In this document: piece by piece, positions 43,430 to 57,888 of the stretch | Position numbering within the stretch: the first letter of the stretch is position 1 | How the letters are laid out: the number at the start of each line of letters is the position of its first letter | Source of the DNA: Octopus vulgaris | Lineage: Eukaryota | Length of the DNA: 64,000 bases | NCBI GenBank assembly: GCA_951406725.2 | Contig: OX597821.1 | Coordinates: forward strand, 61,504,001-61,568,000 | Reading direction: 5' to 3' | Program-made: the position numbers and the translations under genes | Notes under the pieces: generated by a model | Database searches by the model: none | Seen by the model: the letters and a program-made list of their open reading frames with translations, nothing else | What the model was told of the DNA's origin: nothing

Positions 43430-44453
43430 TAGCATTAAAGACCCGTTGTTGCCGGGTCATAGTGCTAGTGTATGTATATATGTGTATATATGTGTGTACA
43501 TATTACATGTACATCTATATATATACATCTACACATAAAATACAAAATACAAAGTTATATCTTGATATCGCTAGTGATAACAATACTCAAAATATATAAA
43601 AGACCGGAATTGTTAGCCCGTCTCATGTAATTTCGATGAATTGTATCTTGTCCTCCCTCTTGTATAGAAGTGTGGCTACAATCCAGCCTACGTCTACTTC
43701 GGTGGGGGGGACATTTTAATTTTTTTCCGGGACGTCCTACGTCCCAGATATGAAGGTGTAAATAAAATATTTCCACTTTGCAAGTTCGAGTCGAGTACTC
43801 CCTTGCACGCTCCGTTGACTCGAACCTTGCTTCTATTGTGGCGAATTTACCGACTCTGATTAGATATCTTTCATAGTCGCACCAAGTCACTTATAGAAGT
43901 TGCTTTCCTCCATGTGTTCAAATCTTCTTTTTTCTCTACATTGTATACTTTATAGACAATAGTCTTTTCTTTAATTTAATTTTTTTATTATCCATCTGGA
44001 CTATTCCATTTCTGCACGCTAATTTTATATTTAATTTATTCCCATTCATTTGAAACCACTTATTCAAGTTCAAGTCATTGATGCAATTTTATACCTATTT
44101 TTACTGTTGTTATGTTACGATTATATTATACTTTAGTTTGATTTTAATTATTACTTACTACATATAATTCAATTGTTATTATTTTTATTATTAAAGTGAA
44201 AGTATCTGACATAAAATAGAGAAATGTTTTTGTTTCACTTTTAACACGTAATACTGAAATAGTGGAGAAGATATGATATTGCTATGGGCTCGCTCTAGGC
44301 AAGAAGTTGAACATTTTTTTTGCCCATGAAACTACATGGACCCTAAGTAAGGCATGTGTAAAATTTGAATGAAATTGGTTGTGTAGTTCTCAAGTGTTAG
44401 GGAAACACACAGACAGACAGACAGACACATTCTCAGTTTTATATATATAAAGA
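43428..44453 (+). mobile_element. Possible non-autonomous Helitron/Helentron-associated (HINE-like) element
   Basis: It starts CTAGCA..GACCCGTTGTTGCCGGGTC (hairpin) and ends (CAGA)n...TTTTATATATATAAAGAT, a pattern I recall from such elements. No Rep/helicase motif was seen. Confidence 0.4.
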
Positions 44454-44525
44454 TATGACCTCGTGTGTACCGTTGGCGATTTGTTTCCCTCTGTCTTCCC
44501 TTCGCGGGATCTTTCCTTCTCCTAT

Positions 44526-44560
44526 GTTTCCGACGAAGAGCTCCGCTCGAAACGTTAAAC
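44526..44560 (+). ncRNA. Minimal type I hammerhead motif with a loop-less palindromic stem III
   Basis: GTTT CCGACGA A GAGCtccGCTC GAAACGTT AAAC, with the AACGTT palindrome. It lies within a ~200-bp fragment (44457-44660) ending at (TA)n. Confidence 0.7.
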
Positions 44561-44655
44561 CTTCCTTCTTCCCTTCTTTCCTGAGCGTCCAATAATACTA
44601 TATTTGTTCCATGTCCTCGCGTTGTTGTGTTTTTTGTGTTTTCTTGTTTGGATTA

Positions 44656-44719
<64 letters not shown>

Positions 44720-45049
44720 CATACATACATATATATATATATATCTTCATATATCGAATGGTAGTTTTTTTAAAAATATGATGTAATATGATAAAATGGT
44801 GTTTGTTTGAAATATAAACTAAAACTTGAAATTTACTGCTTTTGATTTTGGTAAGTACACTTTAGTATGAGACTCTTTAAATTCATATATGTTTCTTTGG
44901 TAAGTCTTCTGTAATAATCCATAATAGCTATGTGTAAAATCCGTTATATTTTCCTGTATTCCCAATATAGTTCATAGACTTAGATAATATATATATATAT
45001 ACATACATGTGTGCGTGTTTGCGCGCGCGCACGCGCGCGCGTGTGTGTG

Positions 45050-45245
45050 TGTATTCGGCATAATAGATCGCTAGCCACTACACATTTTTATTTTCTCTCC
45101 TTGTTTCTTTCTGTGTTCCTTTCTGTGGAAGAGTATAGGCTTGAAACGGTAAAGAATTTTTCACTTCCCAAGCATTATACTAACGCATCTGTTTGTTGTA
45201 TATACCACCTGTCTTCGTCTTTTGTTTTTTTGTGATTTCTCCCTA
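45050..45245 (+). mobile_element. Copy of the ~190-bp HHR-like pLTR family
   Basis: CTTT CTGTGGA A GAGtataggCTT GAAACGGT AAAG ... CACCTGTCTTCGTCTTTTG. Confidence 0.6.
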
Positions 45246-46704
45246 TATATATGTGTGTGCGTGTGTGTGCATCGGTGTGTTTTTGTGTATGTATATGCGT
45301 AGTTATGTTTATGTTTGCATGCATACGTATATGTATATAGCTTTTGGAAGTTGTGATAAATGTCATGAAGAATACAATACCAGTATAATTCATGAAAGTA
45401 TTACACGGGTAGCATGTATTTCTTAAAAGAAATATATATGTAATCGCCTCATTGTTTGAACATGGTTTGATTAATATATTTTCGACTTAGCAGGGGAATT
45501 TTACGATCCTAGACGTTCTCCGTTCAACGATAATAGTCGGAATCGATAGAAGTTATTAATCGTCGACAATAAAGTATATATATATTCTGAAAATCACTTG
45601 TTATTTCCTATTTCTATTAATCATAGCGAGCAAAAGGGAATATGGAAAAGTTTAGCACTAACTTATTACTGACACACAGAAATTATTTTACCCTCGATAT
45701 TTTCTAAAGCGCGCTAATAAAAACATGCTGTGTAATATATTTGGCCTTGTGTCGTGGTCACTTGGAAGTCATAAAATCTTAGTAATATATAAGTAGCGTA
45801 ATGGTGGAAGGCAAAAACCAATATTACATTCATATAATACTTTTTTATCATTGATACTTTGGGAAGTTCTGAAAACTGTATATAAAATTGTCAGTGTAAT
45901 GTTTAGTGGACAGAACGATCAGTGGCATTTAATAAGTTATTACATGTTTCCTGTCTAAATAATTCTGCCTAATGACAAGTGTTATTACATATCTGAAAAT
46001 ATTTAAGCATTATCATCTATCGGCAATCGAATGATTTGTAATCGGAATTCACGTAGGGGTTTCCATGATCAAAGATTCATTTAGTTTAATTACAGTACTA
46101 CCCTGTCTCTATATGAAAATATTGTTAAAAATATAAACTAATTCAATATTCACATATACGGCGATATACATGTGTCTTCGTTGCGTATTATTTTCAATTC
46201 TCACATCCCTATTTCAGTAACGTCTACTGGTACGTAGTATTCAAAGTTTTAGAATTAATTATTTTATGTAGGTCCATTATTTACAATATGTATATGAACA
46301 ACATCTTTTATATTTTAGCACTGTAGCACGTATATCTTTGTGAGCCTAACAGCGAAATATATAGGAAAAAGAAAACATCAAACGAACGTGACATTTCTAT
46401 ATTTGTTAATGCCATTTTACTGGTTGTGTTTATTAGATTATTTCATATTGTTTATAATATTTATATCTACTTTGATCACACAACCCTGTATGCTTTTGCA
46501 TTTGTGCATGTCTAGAATCTTTCATATCTTTTCATAAGAAATTCTACTGTTTTATGTCGTGTCTTATAGTATAATCAATATTATGACTAGATTGGATTTT
46601 TGTATATTTAAAATAATCGAGGTCTCCTGTTCCACATTTGGCTGCTAATATAAACATACTTGCATACGTACATGCATACAAACACATATGTACATGTTTT
46701 ATAA

Positions 46705-46743
<39 letters not shown>

Positions 46744-47977
46744 CGTGCGTGCATGCATGTATGCACAGAGAAATAAATACATATATTACATGTATGCAAT
46801 ATATACATATATAAATACATACATATATATATATATTCTTGAGATAGTGCAACTTTCCCCACTTTCCCCGATTTTCCATAGCAAAATTCCTAAGCTACTT
46901 GCAGTTCATCACCAAATATGACATTTGAATTTACTGACGTAAGTTCTCGTTCTAATTCTTATCTCCAGCTCACCCGGACTTAGTGATTTTTTCGGAATTC
47001 TGATTTCATGTGACGTGTTGGGATTATTGCAGCTATTGTAATAATGGTGTATATTTTAAGTAGAACGGAATACATCCGAAGTGAATTAAACACATACTCT
47101 TCATTTTTAGCGTCCAAAAATATATTATTTAAATAACGTGAATGTCAATGACAATTTTCCCTTTTCAACAACATGTTGAGATTGATCGTCAGAAGTGTTA
47201 CATTTCCTTGAAGGTGAACAAAATTGGAATCCGTACACGAAATTTTGATAGGAGCAGCTTTTTGATCATTTGCTTGTTTCAACGGAGCTTCACAATATGA
47301 AAAATTATAATTATTTTCTAGCATGAATTCCGTGTATTTGTTTTTCTCTCTCTTTCACTACGTTAAGGGTAGCATTCTGGTAACCTGAAGTGTGTATTCT
47401 TTTGACATTTTAAGGATGCTTGTTATACCCAAGTTATTATGTCATTCTGCAGCAATGTAATAACGACATCAGCAAACATTCAAGCATAAAGACAGGTGAA
47501 GACTACATAATTTCAAGCAGGTATCACACATATTTCCTGATAACTAAATTTAGAAAATTTTAGAATTTCTTGAAAATATCTACCCCGGAGACATATGAAG
47601 GACTGCCGTTAGGCGTTTTATGATCTGCAACTATTGCAAAGAGAATTTTCATTGAATTACGAATTTATATATACGGTGTTAAGCATATCACCTTTTAACT
47701 TAATTATCTAAATTCATATTATCGATTAATTACAGTTATTTCCTTTGGTTCTTTACTATCTAATTATTTCCCATTAACCTTGGCCAAAATACACACATTA
47801 AACTTTCTATTATATTCAGCAATCTATTTCATCTTCTTTAAACTAAATTATATTGTACTATGCTGACATGGCGGATTGAAACATATGTTTATAGCTGTAT
47901 CTTGACTGCAAATAAAGACAGGTCAATAGTTAACTGTTCTCTTCAACAGTGAAAATAAATGTTTCATGAATTTTTAA

Positions 47978-48010
<33 letters not shown>

Positions 48011-49989
48011 TAGTGTATCTCTAGCTTTCACTCACAGACAAACTATAGGACTAAAGAAATCTGTTGTAGCTAACCTCGCATTAATAACTCGAACATGATT
48101 TCCTAGTGGAAGCTTGGTTCGAAATTTTGCAAGACTGAATTTGATTAAAGACACCCTTCGATAGACTGTGGAATGGATTAGTTCTATCACAAGAAATAAA
48201 CATGTACATGTATCTGTGTGTCTGTTAGGAAATTATTGTTTCTCTTTATATACCAGGAATATAATTCCTTTATTTGTGTAAACGGGAGAATTTCCAGATT
48301 CAGCAGGTAATTGCACACTAAAATGTATTATCGAAGTCAATATAAATTTCCTCGTTTAACATTTTAGCTTGCATAGTTTCCCTCGGTTGTCTCTTACTTC
48401 ATCGTCAATACATTGCGACGATAAAATACGAGAATATGTTCCACTTCACTCTGTTTTTGTGGTGACATTAACAATGATTTCATGATTCGTTTTTATACAG
48501 TAAACCATACAAAAGCTGCACACATCTATCAATTCCATCATTCCTATAATCTCCCATGCAGTATTTTCAACCATGTATTCATATTTATCATAATCTGGGT
48601 TTGATTAATTCCTGTATCGGTGTCTTTAAAGCTTTTCCCGATTTACGTTCGTGTCTATTTTCATATATATTATTTGGTATGCATCACATTAACATCAAAC
48701 GGCTGTAATGCTAAGTTTTGAGGAGGTTATATTTATTTCCTTTGTTCCCTTTAATCGTCGACAATATTCGGAATATTGATAACTATTGTTTCTACTGTTA
48801 GAAAAAGAAAGTGTGATATCCATTGGCTAACGTAATGCTTAAATTTCCGATATTGAACACAATACAGACTTCCATTTATTTACTAAATTTCCTCCAGCAC
48901 AGCAACTGCTCAATTCTTAGTATCGTACACTATCCTGCTGAAATCTAGGACATATAATGATGAGATCTTTTGTTTTCTTTGTTTTTCTCGGTCTGTATTT
49001 TTCAGCAATAACGCAATATTGTTTCTACTTGATATCTGGAATTATCTTCAGACTGTAAGAAGTGTAGATGTATTAGCCGATCTCTATAACTATGATTTAT
49101 ATTCTAGTTTGGAAGTATTTATATGTTTCCTTTACCTTCATGCACTGAAAATAGTATAATCGATGATATGAAACCTCCATATACTACGGTTAGTTTTTCT
49201 GAAACTGGATTCGTACTAGTTTGTCGCAGTTGGTTTTTTATGCAAAGTCATTAAGCAGCATAATTAAAACCATTATGCTTTTGCTTTCTCATTATAATTC
49301 ATAGCATTTCACTCAAGGTTCTGAGCGTTGCCAAACCAGGATGTCTCCTTTGACACAATGTCATAATATTTTAGTAGAAGAAAAAAGAGTTTGTTTACTG
49401 TTGCCCGCCTTAGTTTTGAATTTACATGTCACCATGTATGCTGATGCATACGTAGTGTCCATATTTGCCAGGAGCAGCATTATATAACAAGCACAAGTCA
49501 TTTTTTTGATTGCAGAAGCGTCTGCACCAAGCCATTTAAATGGACTAGCGGGTAATTCTCTTAATTGCAGCATGTTAAAAGCAACTTTGGTCTTAACAGA
49601 AGTTGAACTGAAAACATAAAGAACAATTATACATACATTAAAACTCCAGCGATCTAATGATTTTGCCAATCCATCGCCTTAGGTATCAAATTACCTCTAA
49701 TATAAACTGAGCTTCAAATGCCTTGCTTGATACGTATTCAGTGAGCTTGCATAGGTCTTTAGGTGCCCCCGAATATTTCTGATTTAGCTATGAATTAACA
49801 GTGCCTAAAATAGAACAAAATTATATTCTAATCTACTTATAATTTTTAAGGTAAATCATTCATTTTGAGATTCTATATGAAACTGCTTTTCTTTTTTGAT
49901 ATTTTCTTTTTTGCAAGGCAAGGATTCTGATTTTAGAGAAATGTATAATTAGTTTATGTGAAATGGCTTCGATAAGAATTCGTGTCTGT

Positions 49990-50415
49990 GCTTTTGTGAT
50001 TCAGTGATTGATGCTCGGAGACCAGACATCCTTGTAGTTGACAAAATTACGAAAGTCACCAACATCACATACATTTCCATACCTGAGGATGAACGAGTTG
50101 ATGACAACGAAGTCGAAAAGATTAAAATGTACAAGCCACTAAAATATAAGATTGCACGAATGTAGGCAATGAAGAAAGTAACTCTCATACCAGTAGTTGT
50201 TTGGCAATGAGAGTGTTAACAACCAGGTTTAAGAAATCTGTTGGCAGTTTGGGATTGACATGAGGGTAGAACTGCTCAGAAATCTACTTTATTGGGAACA
50301 ACAATCTGTGATTGGTACATGCATGTTAAGTGTCTTGGAAAGATACTGTAAGGCTCTTGACAATAGTCGGAGGAAGTGAAATGAAGATCTTTGAGACGTG
50401 AAATGGAAATAATAA
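49990..50415 (+). mobile_element. R4/Dong-like LINE 3' remnant
   Basis: IDARRPDILVVDKITKVTNITYISIPEDERVDDNEVEKIKMYKPL...VTLIPVVV is the RLE motif. It ends in AATAATAAT. Confidence 0.8.
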
Positions 50416-50419
50416 TATT

Positions 50420-51520
50420 GATGGTATCGAGGTTTAGCACAAGCTTAGTTTAGAGGAAACAGTTAGTCGATTACATTGAACAGGTAATTGACTGGTACAC
50501 AACTTTTTCAAACTCCTGGTTTGAACTCGGAATGTAAGGTGCCGGAAGAAATACTTTTGAACATTTTACTGAAGCCACTGCTCGAATGAACTTGGGAAGA
50601 AATGGGAAAAGGATGTCAAGAAAATTGTCACTGAGTGTTTTATTAGAAGTGTAGCAAATGAGAGAGGCTTCAGACAAAGGATGAAGCAAATATGGGAGGA
50701 AGAAGGTCATTTTGAAGTTACATAGCAAAGGCAAAATTGCCAAGCTAGAGCAATTACAAGTCATAAATGGCTAACTAAAATTGAAATGGAGGAGATCAGA
50801 AGAAAAATTGGGCACGAACGAGAAGGGGAAGAAGTAGGCGAAGACGCTGACGAAATCAGAAGAATTAAAGTTAATTTAAACGATAGATGAAAATACAATA
50901 ATTAGGAATGCACAATTTGTAGGGATAGATGAAGAAGAATACTCTGTTTTCACGAAAGTTCTGGGAAAAATGCAAGAAAATTCTGAGGAAATCCATCAGA
51001 AATTAAGATATATGGCTAGGAATAAGTATTAGACTTGAAACACTAGAAAATAAAGCTGGAGACAGTGGTGTCAAAATTATGTAACCGTAAAAATACTTTG
51101 ACAGGCACTGCAGCAAATGACGTAGCGGAAGCAGTAGGGTTTAAGGAAAGAAGTAATAGAACTTATAAGAACCACAATGAAGAAAATATGTTTTTTTAGT
51201 TAAACACACTGAAAGTCATCTTCTGTAGAGTAGACAAATTGAAAATTAGCGAGTTACACGAAAAAGTCGGAATGAGTTCACAAGTTTACAGGAAAAGTCA
51301 TTGAAAATGACTAGAAATGAACGGCACAGTCAGAATAAACATTTTTTAAATTCAAATTTCTCAAAACTGCTTCAGGAACTAGAAGATAATAAGAATGATG
51401 TTGTTATTTTGGATGCAGAAAAAAGTAAAGGGTTTTAGACTGGAAATTGGGACACACTAAATATATCAGCATATCATCAATACAAAATTGTAAAACAAAA
51501 GTCGAAAGAAGAGATAGAAA
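50420..51520 (+). mobile_element. R4/Dong-like LINE 5' remnant
   Basis: RGFRQRMKQIWEEEGHFEVT*QR...QARAITSHKWLTKIEMEEIRRKI resembles the Dong-type N-terminal domain. Confidence 0.65.
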
Positions 51521-52021
51521 GCATAGCGAAATAGGGAAATATAATTAATGGAATAGCCAACGTTGTATCATTCCTATTGTAAATATATCGTTGAACGGCA
51601 ATTTAATACTATATTTTTACAGAGATAACATATCTTAAGGATGTGCTGTGCTGCTGCTATATTTTAAGCGACAATATATATGAAAGAGAGAGGAAAATCA
51701 CCCTAGCATTGATAGTGAGACCACAGAATTGATTTCTTCCTCGGTGAAAGTTAATAGCGTGTTATCAGATGTATATGCGTGAACGAGACTTGCCGCAACC
51801 AATATAAAGGAAACTGAAAAATAATTTGCTCGTGTCTCTAATAGTCATAGAATTCCGTTATATGACATAGACGCTGTATTGGAATAAAATAGCCATCTAC
51901 GTATCATATTTAATGTAAATGTTTGAACGAGATTTTACTGTGTTACAGCAAAATTCAGTCAGAACTTATGACCTCTAAAACGTGGTAGTACACTTAGTAA
52001 CACAATAACATTATTTGAAAT

Positions 52022-52118
52022 ATCATCATCATCATCATCATCATCATCAACATCATCATCATCATCATCGTCGTCGTCGTCGTCGTCGTCGTCATCACCA
52101 TCATCATCGTCATCATCA
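52022..52118. repeat. (ATC)n/(GTC)n compound microsatellite
   Basis: Seen directly in the sequence. Confidence 0.95.
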
Positions 52119-53714
52119 TTTCTTAATAAATTTATTAAGAAGAAATTGTCGATTATATGAGCTCCAATAAATAATCGGCAATCGAGTTTTTTGAACACTG
52201 CCGGATTTGAGCAAACAGCATAAAGAAGCGTAAATATATTCGGCAAAACATTTGGTGAATATCTTTCAATATTGCACTACCCATCACATTCACAGATAGT
52301 AAAATAATTATAATACTGACACGATGTTTTCAGCGTGGTGAAGTCATAATATTTTCTTGATATTTTTCATTCATAGCATTGACGTTTGTCTAATAAATGA
52401 TTAGGTTGATTAGTTTGAAATATTTTCAACGATGTAATTATTGAAGAATAATTCAAAAAGTTATATTTCTTTTTTTTTTCTGCAAAGCTGATTGTGTTTT
52501 GTTGGTATTTCTATATTTTTTTGGTTTTATTATTTGTCCTTTCGTTTATTCTTAATACTATATTTTGCAAATGACTGGCTTACGCTGGATTTATCAACAG
52601 CTGTTGATGTCAGCAAACAGCTGAGTGGACCGTATTGTAAAGGTCAGAAAAAATGTTTCCAATAATGAACAAAATGAAAATAGATATAAAGATAAAAATA
52701 AAAATGAAAGATACAAAACTATCAAAAGCCAAAATGCAAATCCATTTATTTTATAAAATATCAGTCAAGATAAAATGATTATATCGAAACATGAAATAAT
52801 ATTGATGGTAAATATATTCAAACTAACAAATTCACTAAGCGCAGAAGTCTGGGAATATTTAGAAAAAATAAAACAGAAAGTAGTGAAACGTAAATGTTTC
52901 GGCTGAAGTGATTGATGAAGAGATATTTATACAAGCTATAGGAGAGTTTTTCAATTTTTTTAGCAACATCAGAACTTCTAAGGGAAAAATAAAAAAAAAC
53001 ATGAAGCACAGAATCTGAAACATTGGTTAGAAAAAGCGTCGTATAGTTTCTGGTATAGAGACATATTGCGTAGTAAAAAAATAATAAAAACTATGTGTGA
53101 TAAGGTAACACATTTTGTGGTTGTTAACAGAATTCTTAGGGCTCTAACAGGAGAAAATAATTGATGATCCGTTACATTTTTAAAGAGACGAACTCTACGT
53201 ATACTATATTGTTCTCCAAAAAGTCCCGATTTATTAAGTAAATCTGTGCAATTTATATCCAGTGATTATACAACTGATAAGTCACTCGAGGATTTATTTA
53301 AACCCTGTGTATATAAGAATCATTCTTTGAAGAAGCAAACCAGATATTACAAACCTTATTTGCATTTGGGGTCCACATATTTAAATCGGGGTTGCTTTGA
53401 CTTCTGTGGAAGGCAGACATGGCTACAGCGTGTATTGAGGATGTTTGCCACAAGACAACACACTGCACTTCCAAAGCGTGGATCCATAAACACTTGTTCT
53501 ATATATATATGCATATGCATACAGACATACATATATACATAAATGCATGTATGCATGTATGTATGTATTTATGTGTGTGTATATATATCCCCGTCATGAT
53601 TTACACACACCTATCCTCCAAGTTATAGTGTGTAATTAGTTATGTCTGCGTCGATATTATACATGAATGCATACATAATATTTAAATACATACATAGTGA
53701 AAATACAATAGACT

Positions 53715-54200
53715 TGACGTAAGGATTTGGGATAGAGAAGAGAAACAATGCACCTGTGGAATCAGTTCCCCATCGGAAAAGAAAATGCCTACGCTGAATT
53801 ATTGAGTAATTTGCAGCTAAGCTATCCAAATTACAAGTTCAGGTTTATACCTGTAATTATTGGAGCACTGAGATATGTAACACACTGCCTAAATACCAAT
53901 CTTAAGAAATTAGGCTTCTTAAAACCAGAAACCAGAAAGCCGATTTGAAGACTACAGATCCAATCCATCACTGGAACTGTAGAAATCTGCAAAACTTTCT
54001 AGAAGTTTATAATTTAAGTATATATAAGGATGTCTATATAAGCGACTATATGCATTAAAATACATACACAAAACATAAAATTCTGTACATATACATATAT
54101 ACATACAATAATACCCTGTTGATATTTTTGAAATTCCAATGAAGGCACCTTGGATCTAGGTTAGGAAGCGGCTCTTACTCTATAGGCATAAAATCTGAAT
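53715..54200 (+). mobile_element. 3' remnant of the same RLE LINE family as 276-1370
   Basis: KENAYAELLSNLQLSYPNYKFRFIPVIIGAL aligns with ORF 822-1121. The UTR AATACCCTGTT...CCTTGGATCTAGGT is shared. Confidence 0.85.
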
Positions 54201-54271
54201 AATGTCATACATATATGCATAGATACATAGATACATAAATACATACGCACACATAAAATATATATGCATTT

Positions 54272-54344
<73 letters not shown>

Positions 54345-56709
54345 TAGTAAGAAACTACCTGCAACATTTCACCTATTATGCTATTGTTTATCAATGTGTT
54401 AGTCATAATATTAACATTAGACTTAAATGTTTTCATCGTGCATTATAACACAGAAAGTAGGAAATGTGTCCTGGGTGACTGAATATTGTGAGATAGTAAG
54501 CGTTGAATATGATATAAAACTATTTTATGTTTTATATCATTTTACGTAGAAATTATGAAATATGTAACCATTATATGCTGTTGATTATCTTCTGCAAGAG
54601 TAATTGCGACATCTGGCATGTAGCACTGTAACACATGGTGAAGAATCAATGTATATACAACATTTGTTACTCGATTATTTATGTATGGAATGTAGATTTC
54701 GTCATTGGTATGTAATAAACTGAGAGTTGATCAAGATAATTCCATCGAGTGTCATCCTATATTTTTGTGTGATTAGAACTACATTGCTCTTAGTATACGC
54801 GCTTTATAGAGGAACCCTTTATTGCTTGTCTATTCGGACGTAACTGAAAAACAGAAGTTTTGCATGAGTGTCGTGTGAACATCGGTCCTTAGACTGAAGT
54901 GTTGGGGTTTTTAGAACATGAGATTCAAAATACAACTATAATGTTTCTCCCCAATATAGAATGACTATTTCACAGTAGATGGTTATATGATCTTTAGTTG
55001 CTGTTCATTCAAATTTTATTAAAATTGGTTCTCGTTCTCAGTGTCGTTTAGTAAGTAACATATAACGAATATTTATGTTTAATTATCTTACATTCATTCG
55101 ACATTTAGATATTTTCCTAATTAATAATGCTATGCACATTAGTTTATAAAGAAAAAATATATTACAAGTATTTGTGTAAAGTGTATGAGACTAATATGTC
55201 TCTCTCTATTTTTAGATAGAAGCTACTGAACGTTTAATACAAACTATTGAAATAATATTGGCTGAAAAGATTTTCGAATGAAAAAAAATAATTTTCTCAC
55301 TGATGAGAACGGAAACTAAATTTGAAGAGAATTTGAAAAGGAGTATGAAGCAAATAAAATGCTACAGACAATTTTGAGTTCATGTCGGTGCCAAGAAAAT
55401 TACGAAAGCAATACGATTCTTCGGGCTAATAATATAGCAATTGTTGACAAATAAACAAAGGAACCCCCAGCAACTAACAACAATTAAATTCCATTCTAAC
55501 GAAAAGGATACAGGACAAAGAATATTTGAAGAATTTACAGACGGACCAAAATAGATAGCTAAAAGAATACTTGCCTCTTAAATATATATATATATTTTTT
55601 TAACTTCATGTATAATCAAAAGTGACACAACTGCTTTATGAGAAAAATAATTAAACTTAGCGAGCTGATAATTTCTTGAAGACATTATTCTAACGATATA
55701 GCATCTCATGATTCGAATGTTTTGTGTCTGCTTATGAAATATGATTATTGGCCGTAATCGAACATGTAGATCCTTGGTAAATGGTTTTCATGGTTTCCAT
55801 GGTTATCATAGTTTAAATATTCTATATTATATAAAGAAATATCATATTGACGTTGAATATCGTTTGTTCCGCTCGTATTTTGCCGACGTACAAAATTCGG
55901 CATACCACAAAAGAACTAATAAAAATTAGTTGAACGGGTGAATAAATATATGTCATTATTATGTCATTAGCGATGTAACATTTGAACTTCAGTATGAAGA
56001 AACACATTTATAAATCGGGTGATATAACTAAATTTAAAGGAGTAACTTTATTTATTGTTTTCCTCTGTATTTCCAATAATTAGCAAATTATGTCCATCTC
56101 CTAGAAACTCCAACTGTTTCATTGGTGATTAGCTTCAGTCCGATTTATAATATTCCAACTTCCAGCGCCGTACCACGCATTAAGATAATTATTCAAGATG
56201 AAATAATGAATAATGCAGTTATAATGTGAGGTAAATTTAATTGCACCAATAGCGAGTTTGGAAGTGGTGAATTATAAGGGTTTGTGTATCTCAGTTTATT
56301 TGTGATTATGTCTGTGTGCATATATATTTGTACGTGTGTATTGTGAAGAATAATGATTAATATCCCGATTTACGTTTGCAATTATTGAGGATGTTACAAA
56401 AGCAAATTACACTCCTGAACAATTTTAGGTATTATGCCTATATGAATAAATTGGTAAAATATTTCGTCATATAGAAAGCAAGCATCAAATTTGCCTTAGA
56501 GATATGGTATATAATATCGATAGCAGGATCTGATTGGTACTTTATTTTATAGACCTCAGAAGAATAAAGGAAGGTAAAGATGACGACTGTAGCATTATTT
56601 GAACTGAAGGCCTAAAAAGACATAATTAAACGATATTGTTATCAACTGTCCGCTATAAAATAATGAATAAATTTACGATATTATTTTGTTATTTTAATAC
56701 ATAAGCAGA

Positions 56710-56870
56710 CTTGACAATGTGGTAGGAAGCTTGCTTCCCAGCCACATGATTCCTGGTCGAGACTCACTGCTTGGTACCTTGGGAAAGTGTTTTCTACTAT
56801 ACCTTCGAGTTGACCAAAGACTTTTTAGTGGAACTGGTAGACGGAAATTGAAAGGAGATCCTCGTGTATA
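56710..56870 (+). mobile_element. tRNA-derived SINE
   Basis: TGTGGTAGGAAGCTTGCTTCCCAGCCACATG...CACTGC..GGTACCTTGGG.AAGTGT.TTCTACTATA...GGTAGACGGAAA resembles an abundant octopus SINE as I recall it. Confidence 0.6.
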
Positions 56871-56904
56871 CACCCACCCACAAACATACACACAGACATA
56901 TGTA

Positions 56905-56967
<63 letters not shown>

Positions 56968-57039
56968 GTGTGTGTATCTATCTATAAATATATATGGCAC
57001 CAGCACGGCCACCGTTAAGTTCTGGAAACAGGTAAAACA

Positions 57040-57070
<31 letters not shown>

Positions 57071-57203
57071 GCGTTAGACAATATACCAGAAATCCCTAGT
57101 TTTGTCGGGACGTTCTGAGTCTGCGCAGTGATCTGATTAGTTAGAGAGAGCAAATCATTAGAAGCACATGCTTCTAGTGAGTTAGGATCTCAGAACAACA
57201 GGG

Positions 57204-57277
57204 CTCTTACCGATGAATTCTCCCTGAGCAAATAAATTATCTTTATTGCTGAAAAGAACGAAACTGCAGTCTAAGAG
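57204..57277 (+). ncRNA. Type I hammerhead with extended stem II (copy 1)
   Basis: CTCTTA CCGATGA aTTCT..AGCAAATAAA ttatc TTTATTGCT..AGAAc GAAA C tgca GTC TAAGAG. U4C core variant, palindromic ACTGCAGT stem III, GUC triplet. Confidence 0.8.
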
Positions 57278-57600
57278 GAACCGAGTTAGTAAATGTTTTT
57301 ATTTTCATTTCACTAAATTTATCTAGCTTCTGTGTTTCTATCACATATTTCGCCTTAATGTACTGATATATGAATAATATATGGCTTGTGCTAGAAATAC
57401 CAGCGATAATAATTAATTTTATTTTATCACAATTTGAATTGTTTACATATTTCTCGATAAATTTTGAGCGTTAGACAATATACCAGAAATCCCTAGTTTT
57501 GTCGGGACGTTCTGAGTCTGCGCAGTGATCTGATTAGTTAGAGAGAGCAAATCATTAGAAGCACATGCTTCTAGTGAGTTAGGATCCCAGAACAACAGGG

Positions 57601-57674
57601 CTCTTACCGATGAATTCTCCCTGAGCAAATAAATTATCTTTATTGCTGAAAAGAACGAAACTGCAGTCTAAGAG
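57601..57674 (+). ncRNA. Type I hammerhead with extended stem II (copy 2)
   Basis: Identical to 57204-57277. Confidence 0.8.
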
Positions 57675-57837
57675 GAACCGAGTTAGTAAATGTTTTTATT
57701 TTCATTTCACTAAATTTATCTAGCTTCTGTGTTTCTAGCACATATTTCGCCTTAATGTACTGATATATGAATAATATATGGCTTGTGCTAGAAATACCAG
57801 CGATAATAATTAATTTTATTTTATCGCAATTTGACTT

Positions 57838-57888
<51 letters not shown>

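Larger units (their letters stand above)
57067..57842 (+). repeat. Near-perfect 397-bp tandem duplication (~1.95 units), each unit carrying a hammerhead; retrozyme/pLTR-like
   Basis: GCGTTAGACAATATACC occurs at 57071 and 57468. (TA)n flanks both sides. Confidence 0.92.
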
